Shown piece by piece: positions 29,978 to 40,453 of a DNA stretch of 64,000 nt. The position numbers and the translations under genes are program-made. A model generated the notes under the pieces. It made no database searches and was not told where the DNA came from. It saw nothing but the letters and a program-made list of their open reading frames with translations. Positions within the stretch are counted from its first letter, which is position 1, and the number at the start of each line of letters is the position of its first letter. This DNA is from Candidatus Hodarchaeota archaeon. GTDB lineage: Archaea; Asgardarchaeota; Lokiarchaeia; Sigyniarchaeales; SOKP01. The stretch covers positions 50,486-114,485 of the forward strand of contig JBHLKM010000004.1 of the NCBI GenBank assembly GCA_048886685.1. The letters run 5' to 3'.

Positions 29978-30130
29978 TATTTAATTACAATTTTTGATTT
30001 TTGTACAAATTATATTATTCTAAAGAATTCATACTATTATAGAGTAATAATTTGAACTTTTATTGAACTTTCTTAATTTCTCCCAAATTGGAGGAAATTT
30101 ATAAATATCTTATAATTGGAGATATAATCT

Positions 30131-30973
30131 ATGAGTGTTTATGATTTAATGATTAAACGGAGATCTGTAAGAGTATTTAAAGATCAAGAAGTAAGACAAG
30201 AGATTATAGATAAACTACTAGACGCTGCAAATAATTGTCCTTCTGGAGGAAATATACAGCCTTTATCAATAATTACAATTGAGACCGTTGAAGGTAGAGA
30301 ACAATTAAGTAATTTGATTGGTTCACAACCATGGGTAAAAAATGCTCCATTATTAATGATTTTTTGCATAGATTTTTATAGATTAAAGAAATGGGCAACT
30401 TTATCTGACGTAAATTTTCAAGGGGAAAATGCTCTTTCTCATTTTCTTGTAGCTTATGCTGACCTAATGTGTGCTGCTCAAAATGTTGTTATTACAGCAG
30501 AAAGCTTAGGGCTCGGATCGGTTTATATAGGAACAATTCAAGGACTTATTGATGAAGTTAGAGAATCTTTCTCAATACCCAAATTAGCTCTACCTTTAAT
30601 GTTACTATGTATAGGATATCCTGAATCTATTCCAAGTACTATTCCTAAATTAAATCGGAATACTATCACGCATAAAGAAAAATATAGGTTACTGAGTAGT
30701 GTTGAAATCCAAAATGCATATGAAGATAAGTATGGAGATTTTGATGAAGACCCTGAAAAGTACTTCGTGAAAACCTATATTGAAGTTATTGAAGCAAGTA
30801 AACAACAAAGTGATAGATGGCTAAAGTTAGCAATGAAAAGGTTTAAAAGATTAGAAATTAAGAACCATGCTCAATTCTTATTCAAATTGAGATATCCTGC
30901 TGAGGCAATGGTAAGGATGAATGAAAAATTAATCCAATCTTTTAGAAATGCAGGATTCAATTATTTTAAATAA
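30131..30973 (+). CDS. nitroreductase family protein (NfsA/FRP-like)
   Basis: RRSVRVF, PSGGNIQP, AQN..AESLGLGSVYIG, IGYP. Confidence 0.9.
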   Translation: MSVYDLMIKRRSVRVFKDQEVRQEIIDKLLDAANNCPSGGNIQPLSIITIETVEGREQLSNLIGSQPWVKNAPLLMIFCIDFYRLKKWATLSDVNFQGENALSHFLVAYADLMCAAQNVVITAESLGLGSVYIGTIQGLIDEVRESFSIPKLALPLMLLCIGYPESIPSTIPKLNRNTITHKEKYRLLSSVEIQNAYEDKYGDFDEDPEKYFVKTYIEVIEASKQQSDRWLKLAMKRFKRLEIKNHAQFLFKLRYPAEAMVRMNEKLIQSFRNAGFNYFK

Positions 30974-30984
30974 ATTTTCGGAAT

Positions 30985-31281
30985 TTAATATCTTTCAGTA
31001 TATCCAACGAAACCTGCCACCAAAACAAGAATTCCTCCCACTAAACTTGTATAAATTATCATTATAATCCCGATAGCTACGCAAATAATCCAATTTAATT
31101 CTACAAATTTATGGGGTATGATTATACTTAATAAAATTAATGCTGCTAGTATTATTGAAAGTACTAATAAGATCACTTTTGAACTATCTATATTTCTATC
31201 ATCAAAACCTAATATAGCGTCAATTAAACTTATCGCACCACCCAAACCTGCTAATAATTTCATTATGTCTTGATTTTGCAT
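30985..31281 (-). CDS. small membrane protein
   Basis: Three to four hydrophobic Gly-containing helices. Confidence 0.7.
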   Translation of the reverse strand: MQNQDIMKLLAGLGGAISLIDAILGFDDRNIDSSKVILLVLSIILAALILLSIIIPHKFVELNWIICVAIGIIMIIYTSLVGGILVLVAGFVGYTERY

Positions 31282-31477
31282 CCCTAATCCCTAATTTAGT
31301 TTTAAATCCTTATATAAATATTATCTGATTTTAAACTAATTAATATTTGTTAGTAAGAAGATGAAAGAAATATTAATGAGATAAATTAAAATAAAATAAA
31401 TATAGAATCAGCTCTTTTTAACAATATTTAGTATAAAATTAATGAACCAACCAGATAATGAGAAAAAATGAGGTAAT

Positions 31478-32290
31478 ATGATTATGGTAAAAAAGTCAAA
31501 ATTTGTTGATTTAAGCTTGGAAATTAAGGAAGGGTTAGGTGACTTGCCACCTGAATTTTCTTATCTCGCAGAAAATTTATCTGCTAAGATCAAGCATGCG
31601 GATCATAAAGATAACATATCCATAATGGTAGGTTCTTTTCCAGGGATTTCTGCTGAAGATCTTCCAGACGGTTTAGCTTGGGCTGATGACTATTTATCAT
31701 TAGGAGTTCATATGGGCACACATATGGACGCACCATGGCATTATCATCCTACCAGTCAAGGGAAAAAATCAAAAACAATTGATGAGATCTCTCTCGAATA
31801 TTGCTTCAGTGATGGGGTAGTATTAGATATGACTCATAAAAAACCAGGAGAACTAATAAGCTCACAAGACATACAGGAAGCGCTTAATAAAATAAATTAT
31901 GATTTAAAACCTTTAGATATTGTCTTGATTAGAACAGACACTGACAAGTTCTGGGATACTTTGAAATATTGGACTGATTATGCCGGAGTAGGAAGAGAAG
32001 GAACGATTTGGTTAGCCGATCAAGGAATAAAAGTTGTTGGAACTGATGCGCCTGGCTGGGATCGTCCATTTCATTTTCAAGCTCGAGAATTTCGTGAGAC
32101 AGGTAATAAAAAATTAATTTGGGAAGGACATTATGCAGGTATTGAGAGAGAATATTACCAAATGGAAAAATTAGCTAATTTAGATAAGTTACCTTCTTAC
32201 GGGTTCAAAGTTAGTTGTTTTCCTATTAAAATCTTGAAAGCAAGTGCCGCTTGGGTAAGACCAGTGGCTATAATCGAGGTTGATGATTAA
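31478..32290 (+). CDS. cyclase / kynurenine formamidase-like metal hydrolase
   Basis: HMGTHMDAPWH, VGTD, EKLANLDKLP. Confidence 0.9.
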   Translation: MIMVKKSKFVDLSLEIKEGLGDLPPEFSYLAENLSAKIKHADHKDNISIMVGSFPGISAEDLPDGLAWADDYLSLGVHMGTHMDAPWHYHPTSQGKKSKTIDEISLEYCFSDGVVLDMTHKKPGELISSQDIQEALNKINYDLKPLDIVLIRTDTDKFWDTLKYWTDYAGVGREGTIWLADQGIKVVGTDAPGWDRPFHFQAREFRETGNKKLIWEGHYAGIEREYYQMEKLANLDKLPSYGFKVSCFPIKILKASAAWVRPVAIIEVDD

Positions 32291-32332
32291 CCTTTAATTC
32301 AGCTAAAAAGAGAAAAATAATAATATTAAAAT

Positions 32333-34054
32333 TTATGCTCCATTTACTATTTTTACTTTCGGAGCATAAGCATCATGAACTGCGTAATTAGCAAAATTTA
32401 TACTATAATGATCACGCCAATGAGTTTTGACATCTTCTAGCATCGCATCCATGATTTCATCTTTTACTTTACCTTCTGCACAAATCGTTGTCCCCATCGG
32501 TGTTGCTGTAATTTCGCCATCTTTAACTACAATCTGTCCATCTTTTATTGTATAAGCTGCTAAAGAAAAAGCTTTTTCTATAGCTTGTCCATCTGTTTCA
32601 TCAGAATCTATCTTATAAATTGCAAGATCCCCGATTGCTCCTAGCCCTAAATGCCCTCGATCTGTCATCCCTAAACATTTAGCTGTACCCCCCCTTGTGA
32701 TTATACAGATTTCATTCAATGTAAGTTCTCGATCAATATCTTTTAATTGAGTTTTCTCAGAAGCTCTTTTAGAACATATGTTTAAAAGCACGTCATCCCT
32801 GGATTTCTTATCCATGAGCCATCGAACAATTTGCGGATATGAAGTGAATGGTCCACCATTCGGATGATCGGTCGTCATAAAGACTTGCCATGGATTTTTT
32901 GTCAAAAGCATGAGTTCTAACCCTACTGCCCATTGAACGGCATTAACAGCAGTCTTAGGTGAAAAGAAATATGGTACAATCCCAGAACCCGATTCACCTT
33001 CTACTTGCCCATTAATCCATTTTACTCCCGGTCTGTTTCCCCATGCCGATGTTCCACCAATATGATGCAAAGCAAACTCCCAAGGACCATCAGCTGTCAT
33101 TGTTGTTGTTGCTGCTTTTCCGAATATTACTTGTCCTGCATCAATTGTAATATGATTATGTTTATTTAAATATTCGGCTATATCGGCCGCTCCAGATTCA
33201 AAATCACCCCAGTTTGTTCCTCCATATGCATTAAATTGACAATGGGTTAAATGTAAAGCTGAATCTCTCCCTTCTTTCGTTTTAATTTTCCCTACGGCTT
33301 CAAATGTTTCGATTGTATGCTTTTTATTACCTGGATGTCCTAAATTGTTTGCATGGACATGAATCGTGTGAGGTAATCCCAAGTTCTCATTGATTGTTGA
33401 TAAACCTTCTAATATTTCTCTAGGAGTTACATCAAAATGAAATACATGATCATCTAATGAACTAACATTTTTACCCCATGTCCAGTTCTCAACGCCTCCA
33501 GGATTTACTATTTTTACAGCATAACCTTTTGTAACATGTAAAATCCAGGAGACATAAGCAGCCAGTTTGTCATAATTCTTTTCTTTAATATATTCCATCA
33601 CAAACCAGTTGTTTCCAAATAATGGAAATGCTGCTTTATCAATAATAGGAGTAACTAAGAATTCTTCATGAGTATGACGTGCTTTAAGAAGTGGCATTGC
33701 TGGTTCAACAACTGTAGTATAACCTAACCTAGCATAACGATATCCAGTGACCCAAGTGGAAGGAACTGACCAACCAGTACCACTTCGAGTTAATTTAGTA
33801 CGTTTTTCATTGAATTCTTCTAGTTTATCATCAGGTCGAAATGATCGTCCAGCATTAACTTTCGTGCCAGCAATATGAGAGTGTATATCGACACCACCAG
33901 GCATTACAATCATTCCGGAAGCATCAATAACCTTAGCGTCGCTATTAACTTTTTCTACGATTACTCCATCTTTAATATGAATTTCCTTTTTTTCACCGTC
34001 AATTCCATTTAAAGGATCATATACAAGACCGTTTTTTATAATTAGATCTTTCAT
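32333..34054 (-). CDS. fwdA: formylmethanofuran dehydrogenase subunit A
   Basis: GGVDIHSHIAG, KIVNPGG, HVHANNLG.PGN, TTDHPNGGPF. Confidence 0.95.
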   Translation of the reverse strand: MKDLIIKNGLVYDPLNGIDGEKKEIHIKDGVIVEKVNSDAKVIDASGMIVMPGGVDIHSHIAGTKVNAGRSFRPDDKLEEFNEKRTKLTRSGTGWSVPSTWVTGYRYARLGYTTVVEPAMPLLKARHTHEEFLVTPIIDKAAFPLFGNNWFVMEYIKEKNYDKLAAYVSWILHVTKGYAVKIVNPGGVENWTWGKNVSSLDDHVFHFDVTPREILEGLSTINENLGLPHTIHVHANNLGHPGNKKHTIETFEAVGKIKTKEGRDSALHLTHCQFNAYGGTNWGDFESGAADIAEYLNKHNHITIDAGQVIFGKAATTTMTADGPWEFALHHIGGTSAWGNRPGVKWINGQVEGESGSGIVPYFFSPKTAVNAVQWAVGLELMLLTKNPWQVFMTTDHPNGGPFTSYPQIVRWLMDKKSRDDVLLNICSKRASEKTQLKDIDRELTLNEICIITRGGTAKCLGMTDRGHLGLGAIGDLAIYKIDSDETDGQAIEKAFSLAAYTIKDGQIVVKDGEITATPMGTTICAEGKVKDEIMDAMLEDVKTHWRDHYSINFANYAVHDAYAPKVKIVNGA

Positions 34055-34219
34055 AGTAAACTTCCTTCGGTATATCTATGAACTTAATACAAATTTGTAA
34101 GATGTAATTTAATGAAATAAATCTACTAGTTTAAAGAATTTATTATTTTTATAAAGATTTATTATAAAATTTAAATATAAGGATAAGATTTCGTTTTAGA
34201 ATATATTTGAGTGAAAAAA

Positions 34220-34378
34220 TTATTTATTCTTTTCAAAATCTTCCTTGAAAAGTTCCTGATAAATGTTATTTATTTCTGCAGGTTCGAAAAATCTCGTATA
34301 ATCAAGATATTCGCTCCAGTCAATCTCCTCTTTTGCTGAAGTAGATACCCCGATCATTTTTTGTTCGGTTTTTTCCAA
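34220..34378 (-). CDS. unannotated 52-aa acidic small protein (MEKTEQKMIGVSTSAKEEIDWSEYLDYTRFFEPAEINNIYQELFKEDFEKNK)
   Basis: TTG start 4 nt after a perfect GGAGGTGA Shine-Dalgarno (plus-strand TCACCTCC at 34383-34390); open to TAA followed by a T-tract. Confidence 0.7.
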   Translation of the reverse strand: MEKTEQKMIGVSTSAKEEIDWSEYLDYTRFFEPAEINNIYQELFKEDFEKNK

Positions 34379-34413
34379 CTTCTCACCTCCTTTTCTATTT
34401 TCCTGAATATTTT

Positions 34414-34584
34414 ACGAACCTTATACTCCTTTTTTACATAGAATTAACTGGATATCAAGAGAGATCAAATCCGTGAGAAAAGATATATCAAAAAAAGAGT
34501 CAGGTTCGTCTCTCTTGATTTATAGTAATAATACTACTACAAGTAAACTGAGTAATAATAATACCAATAATTTATTCAAGAGAG
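34414..34584. repeat. interleaved inverted/direct repeats upstream of the small ORF
   Basis: ACGAACCT (34414-21)/AGGTTCGT (34502-09); ATCAAGAGAGA (34454-64)/TCTCTCTTGAT (34509-19); third TCAAGAGAG at 34576-84. Confidence 0.6.
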
Positions 34585-34804
34585 GTCTTACAAACATTAT
34601 TATAATATTTATCGATTGTACATATTTAAAGATTACTGTGAGATTTGCTATTTTTTTTGATGAAGTTAATACTATTTCTATGCTCGGTAGACAATTTAGA
34701 CAAAAGTTTTTCTATTTGTTTAAACTTAAATAGAAGTATTTTGTTTATTATTGTAATTTATAAAAACCAGTTTCGTATTTTTCATAAGAATTAGGGATTT
34801 TTGC

Positions 34805-35182
34805 ATGGTAAAGATTTTTATCGTAGATGATGATCAATCCCTACAACGGTTATATACATTGATCTTAAAAGAAGCTGGTTTTGAAATTATAGATACAGCA
34901 TTCAATGGTAAGGTAGCTGTCGAAAAATATAATAAGCTTAAAGAAAAACCTGATATTGTTTTAATGGATCATCGAATGCCGATAAAAAATGGACTCGATG
35001 CCATGACTGAAATCTTAAAGGTAAATAATCATACAAAAATAATATTTGCGAGCGCGGATATTAGTATAAAGCAAAAGGCCATTGAACTTGGCGCTTGTGC
35101 TTTTCTCGATAAACCGTTTAATATACATAAGTTGCTGACTATTATCGAGAAGATCTGTGAAGAATTAGTTTTGAGTAATTGA
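34805..35182 (+). CDS. stand-alone response regulator receiver domain
   Basis: IVDDD, LMDHRMP, FASA, KPF. Confidence 0.93.
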   Translation: MVKIFIVDDDQSLQRLYTLILKEAGFEIIDTAFNGKVAVEKYNKLKEKPDIVLMDHRMPIKNGLDAMTEILKVNNHTKIIFASADISIKQKAIELGACAFLDKPFNIHKLLTIIEKICEELVLSN

Positions 35183-35383
35183 AATTCTCGCTATAAATGT
35201 TCCTATGGTTTGTTTACGATAAGTTATAGTATAATATCAGCAATATTATAATTAGGTATTGTTTTAACAATTTTATCAAACACTTTCATTAATTAAAAAT
35301 TGATTAAAATAGGTTTATATTTTATATAGTACAAGATCTATTTAATAACAAAAATAAAAAGTTTCAAAAAAAAGTGACCAACA

Positions 35384-35899
35384 ATGGAAACAGGAAAAAA
35401 ATTAAGTTTAATATCTGGAATAATAACGATTGTAGCAACCTTTTTCTTTTCTTGGTATGCAATTGATGTCTTAGGTACAACATACTATGCTAATGGTTTG
35501 GGAATAATGAATAATCTTGTTGATATGTTTACAGATGCAGAGAGTTTAGGAACAACACTAGATATACCTCCTTTTGCATTTTACATAATTGCTGGTATAT
35601 TTATTGCTTTCTTAGTTTCTGGAGTTTTACAAATATTAGGAATGAAACACCGAGTATTTGTAATAATAGGAACTCTTTTAGTTCTTCTAATAGCATCTTT
35701 AATCTTTTTAGGGAGTGCTGATGTTGTAAATATTGATAATTGGATTATAAATGTTTTAGGGACAGATACACCATTGATAGAGGGAATTATTCCACTAAAG
35801 ATTTTAGAGGAGGGTATGTTCGATATCGGAATGTATTTACTTTATGCTGGTGGAATAATAGGAATAATTGCATCTGTTTATGGCCCTGGGGCCTTTTAA
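35384..35899 (+). CDS. multi-pass membrane protein (probable paralog of 36125..36631)
   Basis: Four hydrophobic segments with Gly-rich GxxxG helices. Confidence 0.75.
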   Translation: METGKKLSLISGIITIVATFFFSWYAIDVLGTTYYANGLGIMNNLVDMFTDAESLGTTLDIPPFAFYIIAGIFIAFLVSGVLQILGMKHRVFVIIGTLLVLLIASLIFLGSADVVNIDNWIINVLGTDTPLIEGIIPLKILEEGMFDIGMYLLYAGGIIGIIASVYGPGAF

Positions 35900-36124
35900 T
35901 TTATTTTTTTATATATTTTTTTCATTTTATTATTATGAAAATTCGTTGAAATTCAATTTAGAATACACTAATTTATCTGTTAATTTAAGACATTACTGAC
36001 TTTTTAACAAGATTTTTTCCATGCTAAACTAAGGATAAATCTTATATATCACATTCAATCTATCTTATATTAAATAAATTTTAAATTAAAAAATAGAAAA
36101 AATATAAAAAAAAGTGCGATTTAT

Positions 36125-36631
36125 ATGGGTGCAGGTAGAATTATCGCCATAATTGGTGGTATAGTAGGAATTCTTAGCATAGGCCTTTATCATTTGTTGC
36201 CTGAATTATTTTGTTTATGGAGGCTTGACGCGAGTCCTATTCTTCAGATTTGGATAGGAGGATTTGGATTTGAAGCTGGAGAAGTGATGGGTATCGGATC
36301 TGATCCTGAATACACAGAAGAGATACTTCTGTTGATTATCGGTGCACTAACTGTTGGAGGAGGAGCTCTATCCATAATCGGTGGTATAACAGAGAGTAAA
36401 ATAATTGGAATTTTAGGGGGAATCGTGATGTTAGCTGGTCCAGTTCTCTTTATAATTGGAGCAGCAATTGAATTTGGTCCTTTTGAAGATTTAGCGGCTT
36501 TAATACCTCCAGGAGAAAACCTCTTATTTGGGAGCCAAGCCGGAGGAGATTGGGGTTTATGGATAGGTACATACCTAGCAATTGGGGGCGGTGTTGTAGG
36601 ATTAATAGGTGGATTTTTAACTGAAGCTTAA
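36125..36631 (+). CDS. Gly-rich multi-pass membrane protein
   Basis: Four hydrophobic segments; terminal G.YL..GG..G.I shared with the upstream neighbour. Confidence 0.75.
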   Translation: MGAGRIIAIIGGIVGILSIGLYHLLPELFCLWRLDASPILQIWIGGFGFEAGEVMGIGSDPEYTEEILLLIIGALTVGGGALSIIGGITESKIIGILGGIVMLAGPVLFIIGAAIEFGPFEDLAALIPPGENLLFGSQAGGDWGLWIGTYLAIGGGVVGLIGGFLTEA

Positions 36632-36674
36632 GTGGTACGCCACTTTAATAAAATATAAAATTTTTTTTATTTAA

Positions 36675-37352
36675 TTATAATTTCTTTTTTTTCTTCGTTA
36701 GAAGTTTAATATCTTCAGGAGTATTGATATTAAGAAAAGTGAGAAGATTTGGATCGAGTTTCTTAATTGATTTTTCAATTGAAATGAAATTAATTTTCCA
36801 ATTCTTATCTATAATATTTGTGAGTTTGTATTTCCGATTTTTCAAATTTTCTTCAATACTAATATAAGCTTTTTTGATAGGGTAGATAGCAAATAAAGGT
36901 TCTAAGAATCCATTATTCCATCTTGGAATACTACAATCATATCCTACTGATTGATTTATCATAAATTCAATGACATCGAGATTAATAAGGGGTAAATCGC
37001 AAGAAAGACTAAAGGATTTCTCATAACCAATGTCTTTTAATTCTTTAAAAGCAGAGTATAATCCTTTCATTGGAGTATTCATATTTGAATCTGATAAAAG
37101 AGAATTATCGTCAATGATGAAACCCATAATTTGCTTGAAATTAATCTTATCAATATATGACTGGGCTTGTTGCTTAGAATGCGCGACTAAAAATATATTG
37201 TACTGGATTTGAGTTAAAATCTCAAGTTGATAGGAAATTAAAGGTTTCCCACGAAATTCGAAAAGTCCCTTATCAATTCCAAATCGGGTACTCTTCCCTC
37301 CAATCAGTATAGTAATAGCAAGATTTTTTAACTTATTGCTTATTTTTAACAC
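36675..37352 (-). CDS. mobA: molybdenum cofactor guanylyltransferase
   Basis: GGKSTRFGIDKG, CDLP, EPLFAIY, NINTPED. Confidence 0.88.
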   Translation of the reverse strand: MLKISNKLKNLAITILIGGKSTRFGIDKGLFEFRGKPLISYQLEILTQIQYNIFLVAHSKQQAQSYIDKINFKQIMGFIIDDNSLLSDSNMNTPMKGLYSAFKELKDIGYEKSFSLSCDLPLINLDVIEFMINQSVGYDCSIPRWNNGFLEPLFAIYPIKKAYISIEENLKNRKYKLTNIIDKNWKINFISIEKSIKKLDPNLLTFLNINTPEDIKLLTKKKKKL

Positions 37353-37460
37353 TTTTTTTAATAGTATCGTAAATTTTCTATTAAACTAATAATTAAAAAT
37401 TATATATGATTTAAATTAATTGAAGATAATTAAATTTCCTCTCGTAATTATCTAATAATC

Positions 37461-38984
37461 ATGCTCTTTAATGAGCCGACAATAAAAATGAGAGATAAGA
37501 TAAAAGACCATTGTGCTATTTTTGGTGTTACTTCAGATGATTTAGGTTTTTCAGTATCCAAGCTATTGTATCAAGGTTTGATAGCATTACAACATCGAGG
37601 ACAGGAATCAACTGGAATTTCTATACTAAAAACAGGCGGAAATATTATTACTTATAAAAAAAGTGGATTAGTCTCACAAGTTTTAGAAAGTAAAATTTTA
37701 TCTCAATATTGGGGAAATGTGGGTATTGGACATAATAGATATGCTACCACAGGGGCAATAGGATTTAAATCCACCGACTATATGCAACCTTTTCATTTTA
37801 AAAATAATGAAATTGAATTTTCTATGGCTTTCAATGGCACTATTGCTAATTTTGATGATGTTAAGCAGAAAATGGATGATATGGGTCGTGTATTTATTAC
37901 TGATACTGATACTGAAGTAATAGCCCTATTAATTGGATCCATTGCTTTAGGAACAGAAGATTGGCCAGAAGTTTTAACACTAGCTAGCAGACTATTAGAT
38001 GGTTCATATTCATTAATTTTACTGACTTCTGAAGGAGATGTCTATGCAATGAGGGATCCATTTGGATTTAAACCTTTATGTATTGGTGAATTAAAGAATT
38101 CCAAAAGAAATATCTATTTTGTGGCATCCGAATCTTGTGCTATAGATGTTGTTGGTGGAACACTTATACGAGATGTTAAACCTGGTGAAATAGTGCATTT
38201 AAGCCACCAAAAAGACATTCATTCTGAAAATATTATTAAATCAAATAGAACAGCATTATGCCAGTTCGAATTTGTATATTTTGCTCGACCTGATTCGGTT
38301 ATAGATGGAGTATCAGTTGCAGAAGCAAGGGTAAGATTGGGTAAATATTTAGCTAAAAATGATTCCATTTTGAGAGATCCTGAAATTAGAGAAAATGCAA
38401 TAGTAGTACCTGTACCAGATTCTGGTCGAAGTGTTGCTGTAGGTTATGCAAAAGAAGCTAAGCTTCCCTATGTAGAAGGATTGATGAAAAATAGGTATGT
38501 ACATAGAACCTTCATTATGCCAGGTCAAGAAAAACGAAAAATAGCCGTGAAAGAAAAATTAAATCCCATAAAAAGTGTTGTTTCTGATAAGGATATTATT
38601 CTCTTAGATGATTCTATTGTGAGAGGGACTACAACTCAACAGATTGTTTCACTATTGAGGGAAAAAGGAGGAGCCAAAAGGGTACATTTACGAATAAGTT
38701 GTCCTCCAATAATAAGCCCTTGTTATATGGGAATTGATTTTCCAACAAAAGATGAGTTAATAGCAGGGAAGTTTCAAGATCTATATGGTGAAAATTACAT
38801 GGAAGAAATTAGAAGAACCATTGGAGCAGATACTTTATTATACCAAACTGTAGAGGATTTAACTCATGCGATTGGAAAGGATAAAAAACAATTATGTTTA
38901 GCCTGTTTAACCGGAAGTTATCAATTAAAATCTGTACAAAAATTAGCAGAATTAGAAAAATCGTTTGTAAGAAGTAGAACTTAA
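37461..38984 (+). CDS. purF: amidophosphoribosyltransferase (canonical, propeptide + Cys1)
   Basis: DHC-AIFG, LQHRGQES, GHNRYAT, CQFEFVYFARPDS, DDSIVRGTT, CLAC. Confidence 0.93.
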   Translation: MLFNEPTIKMRDKIKDHCAIFGVTSDDLGFSVSKLLYQGLIALQHRGQESTGISILKTGGNIITYKKSGLVSQVLESKILSQYWGNVGIGHNRYATTGAIGFKSTDYMQPFHFKNNEIEFSMAFNGTIANFDDVKQKMDDMGRVFITDTDTEVIALLIGSIALGTEDWPEVLTLASRLLDGSYSLILLTSEGDVYAMRDPFGFKPLCIGELKNSKRNIYFVASESCAIDVVGGTLIRDVKPGEIVHLSHQKDIHSENIIKSNRTALCQFEFVYFARPDSVIDGVSVAEARVRLGKYLAKNDSILRDPEIRENAIVVPVPDSGRSVAVGYAKEAKLPYVEGLMKNRYVHRTFIMPGQEKRKIAVKEKLNPIKSVVSDKDIILLDDSIVRGTTTQQIVSLLREKGGAKRVHLRISCPPIISPCYMGIDFPTKDELIAGKFQDLYGENYMEEIRRTIGADTLLYQTVEDLTHAIGKDKKQLCLACLTGSYQLKSVQKLAELEKSFVRSRT

Positions 38985-38986
38985 AT

Positions 38987-40384
38987 TTATTCTACACCAT
39001 CCCAACAATACGTACATAACTTTTCCTTTGGTAAACCGATTGCTTTAACCAAATTTTCAAGTCTTTGGTATTGTAACGTAGTTAAACCTAACTTCTTACG
39101 TATAACATCAACCATGGCTTTATAATTCTCAGAATTTGGATTAGTATATTCTGCAGGATCTCCAATATCCCTTCCAATTAGTTCCTTTATGGCCCATCGC
39201 CCAGCTAAATCTAACTCAGAACGAGATCGAGAGAAATTGAGGAATTTACAACCATAAACTAATGGAGGGCATGCAGGCCTCATATGAACCTCCTTAGCAC
39301 CGGAATCAAACAATCGCTCAATTGTTTTTTTAAGTTGAGTTCCTCGAACTATCGAATCCTCACAGAAGAGAAGGCGTTTATCATTAATTAGCTCCTTTAT
39401 AGGGATGAGCTTCATTCTTGCAACTAGATCTCTAATGGATTGATCCTGAGGCATAAAACTTCGGGGCCAAGTTGGGGTATATTTTACATAAGGACGTGAG
39501 AATGGGATTTTTGCTTCGTTTGCATAACCTAAACCGTGAGCGGTTCCAGAGTCTGGTATTCCTGCCACTAAATCAATTTTCACGTCGTCATTTTTTGCTA
39601 AATAAGATCCACATTTATAGCGAACAACTTCCACATTAATTCCTTCATAATTTGATGCAGGGTATCCATAATACACCCATAAAAAAGCACAAATTTGTAA
39701 GTGATCACCAGGAGGGATTTTTAGTTCAAATCCATTTTTATTTATAAAAACTATCTCGCCTGGTCCTAAATATTTTGTTATCTGGTAACCCAAATTCGGA
39801 AAAGCACTGGTTTCCATAGTAACTGCATAAGAGCCGGATTTTTCTCCTATGATAAGAGGAGTTCTACCTAGTCTGTCTCTGGCAGCATATATGCCTTCCT
39901 CAGTTAATATAAGTAATGTACACGAGCCATCGATAATACTTTGAACCTTTTGAATTCCTTCTTCAAAGGTTTTACCTTGGCTTATTATAGTAGCTATCAA
40001 TTCTGTGGGGTTAATCTCCCCTCCATGCATTTCCGAGAAATGTGTTCCATTTTTTAAGGCTTCTTTTGCTAAATGTCCCAAATTGTTTATTTTCCCAACA
40101 GTAGAAATTGCAAACACACCTAGACGTGAATTGATTATTAAGGGTTGATCATCAAAATCACTAATCACTCCAATACCTTTATTACCATGCATTCTCTTGA
40201 TGTCTTTTTCAAATTTAGATCTAAATTGAGATGATGTAATATTCTTGATAAATCTTTGAAATCCACCAGAGTTTTTTACTGCTAATCCACCTCTAACAGT
40301 TCCTAAATGGCTATGATAATCAGTTCCGAAGAATAAATCATCTATACAATCATTATCTGAATAGACTGCGAATAATCCTCCCAT
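38987..40384 (-). CDS. PurF-like protein lacking the N-terminal catalytic Cys (MGGLF)
   Basis: CAFLWVYYGYP, GIPDSG, EDSIVRGT, CTYC; N-terminus MGGLF and SHLG in place of QHRG. Confidence 0.85.
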   Translation of the reverse strand: MGGLFAVYSDNDCIDDLFFGTDYHSHLGTVRGGLAVKNSGGFQRFIKNITSSQFRSKFEKDIKRMHGNKGIGVISDFDDQPLIINSRLGVFAISTVGKINNLGHLAKEALKNGTHFSEMHGGEINPTELIATIISQGKTFEEGIQKVQSIIDGSCTLLILTEEGIYAARDRLGRTPLIIGEKSGSYAVTMETSAFPNLGYQITKYLGPGEIVFINKNGFELKIPPGDHLQICAFLWVYYGYPASNYEGINVEVVRYKCGSYLAKNDDVKIDLVAGIPDSGTAHGLGYANEAKIPFSRPYVKYTPTWPRSFMPQDQSIRDLVARMKLIPIKELINDKRLLFCEDSIVRGTQLKKTIERLFDSGAKEVHMRPACPPLVYGCKFLNFSRSRSELDLAGRWAIKELIGRDIGDPAEYTNPNSENYKAMVDVIRKKLGLTTLQYQRLENLVKAIGLPKEKLCTYCWDGVE

Positions 40385-40453
40385 AATTAGTGCACTAAGT
40401 ATAAATTTGATGAGATATTTTTAAAGTAATTTATTAATCTACTAAGCGAAAAC

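Noticed and set aside
28852-32300. Integrated element at the tRNA 3' end
   Set aside because: No integrase or transposase, no duplicated tRNA 3' end seen, and no evident compositional shift.
34473-34733. 86-aa plus-strand ORF in the track
   Set aside because: Low-complexity N/T-rich translation across a repeat-containing intergenic region; no motif or SD.
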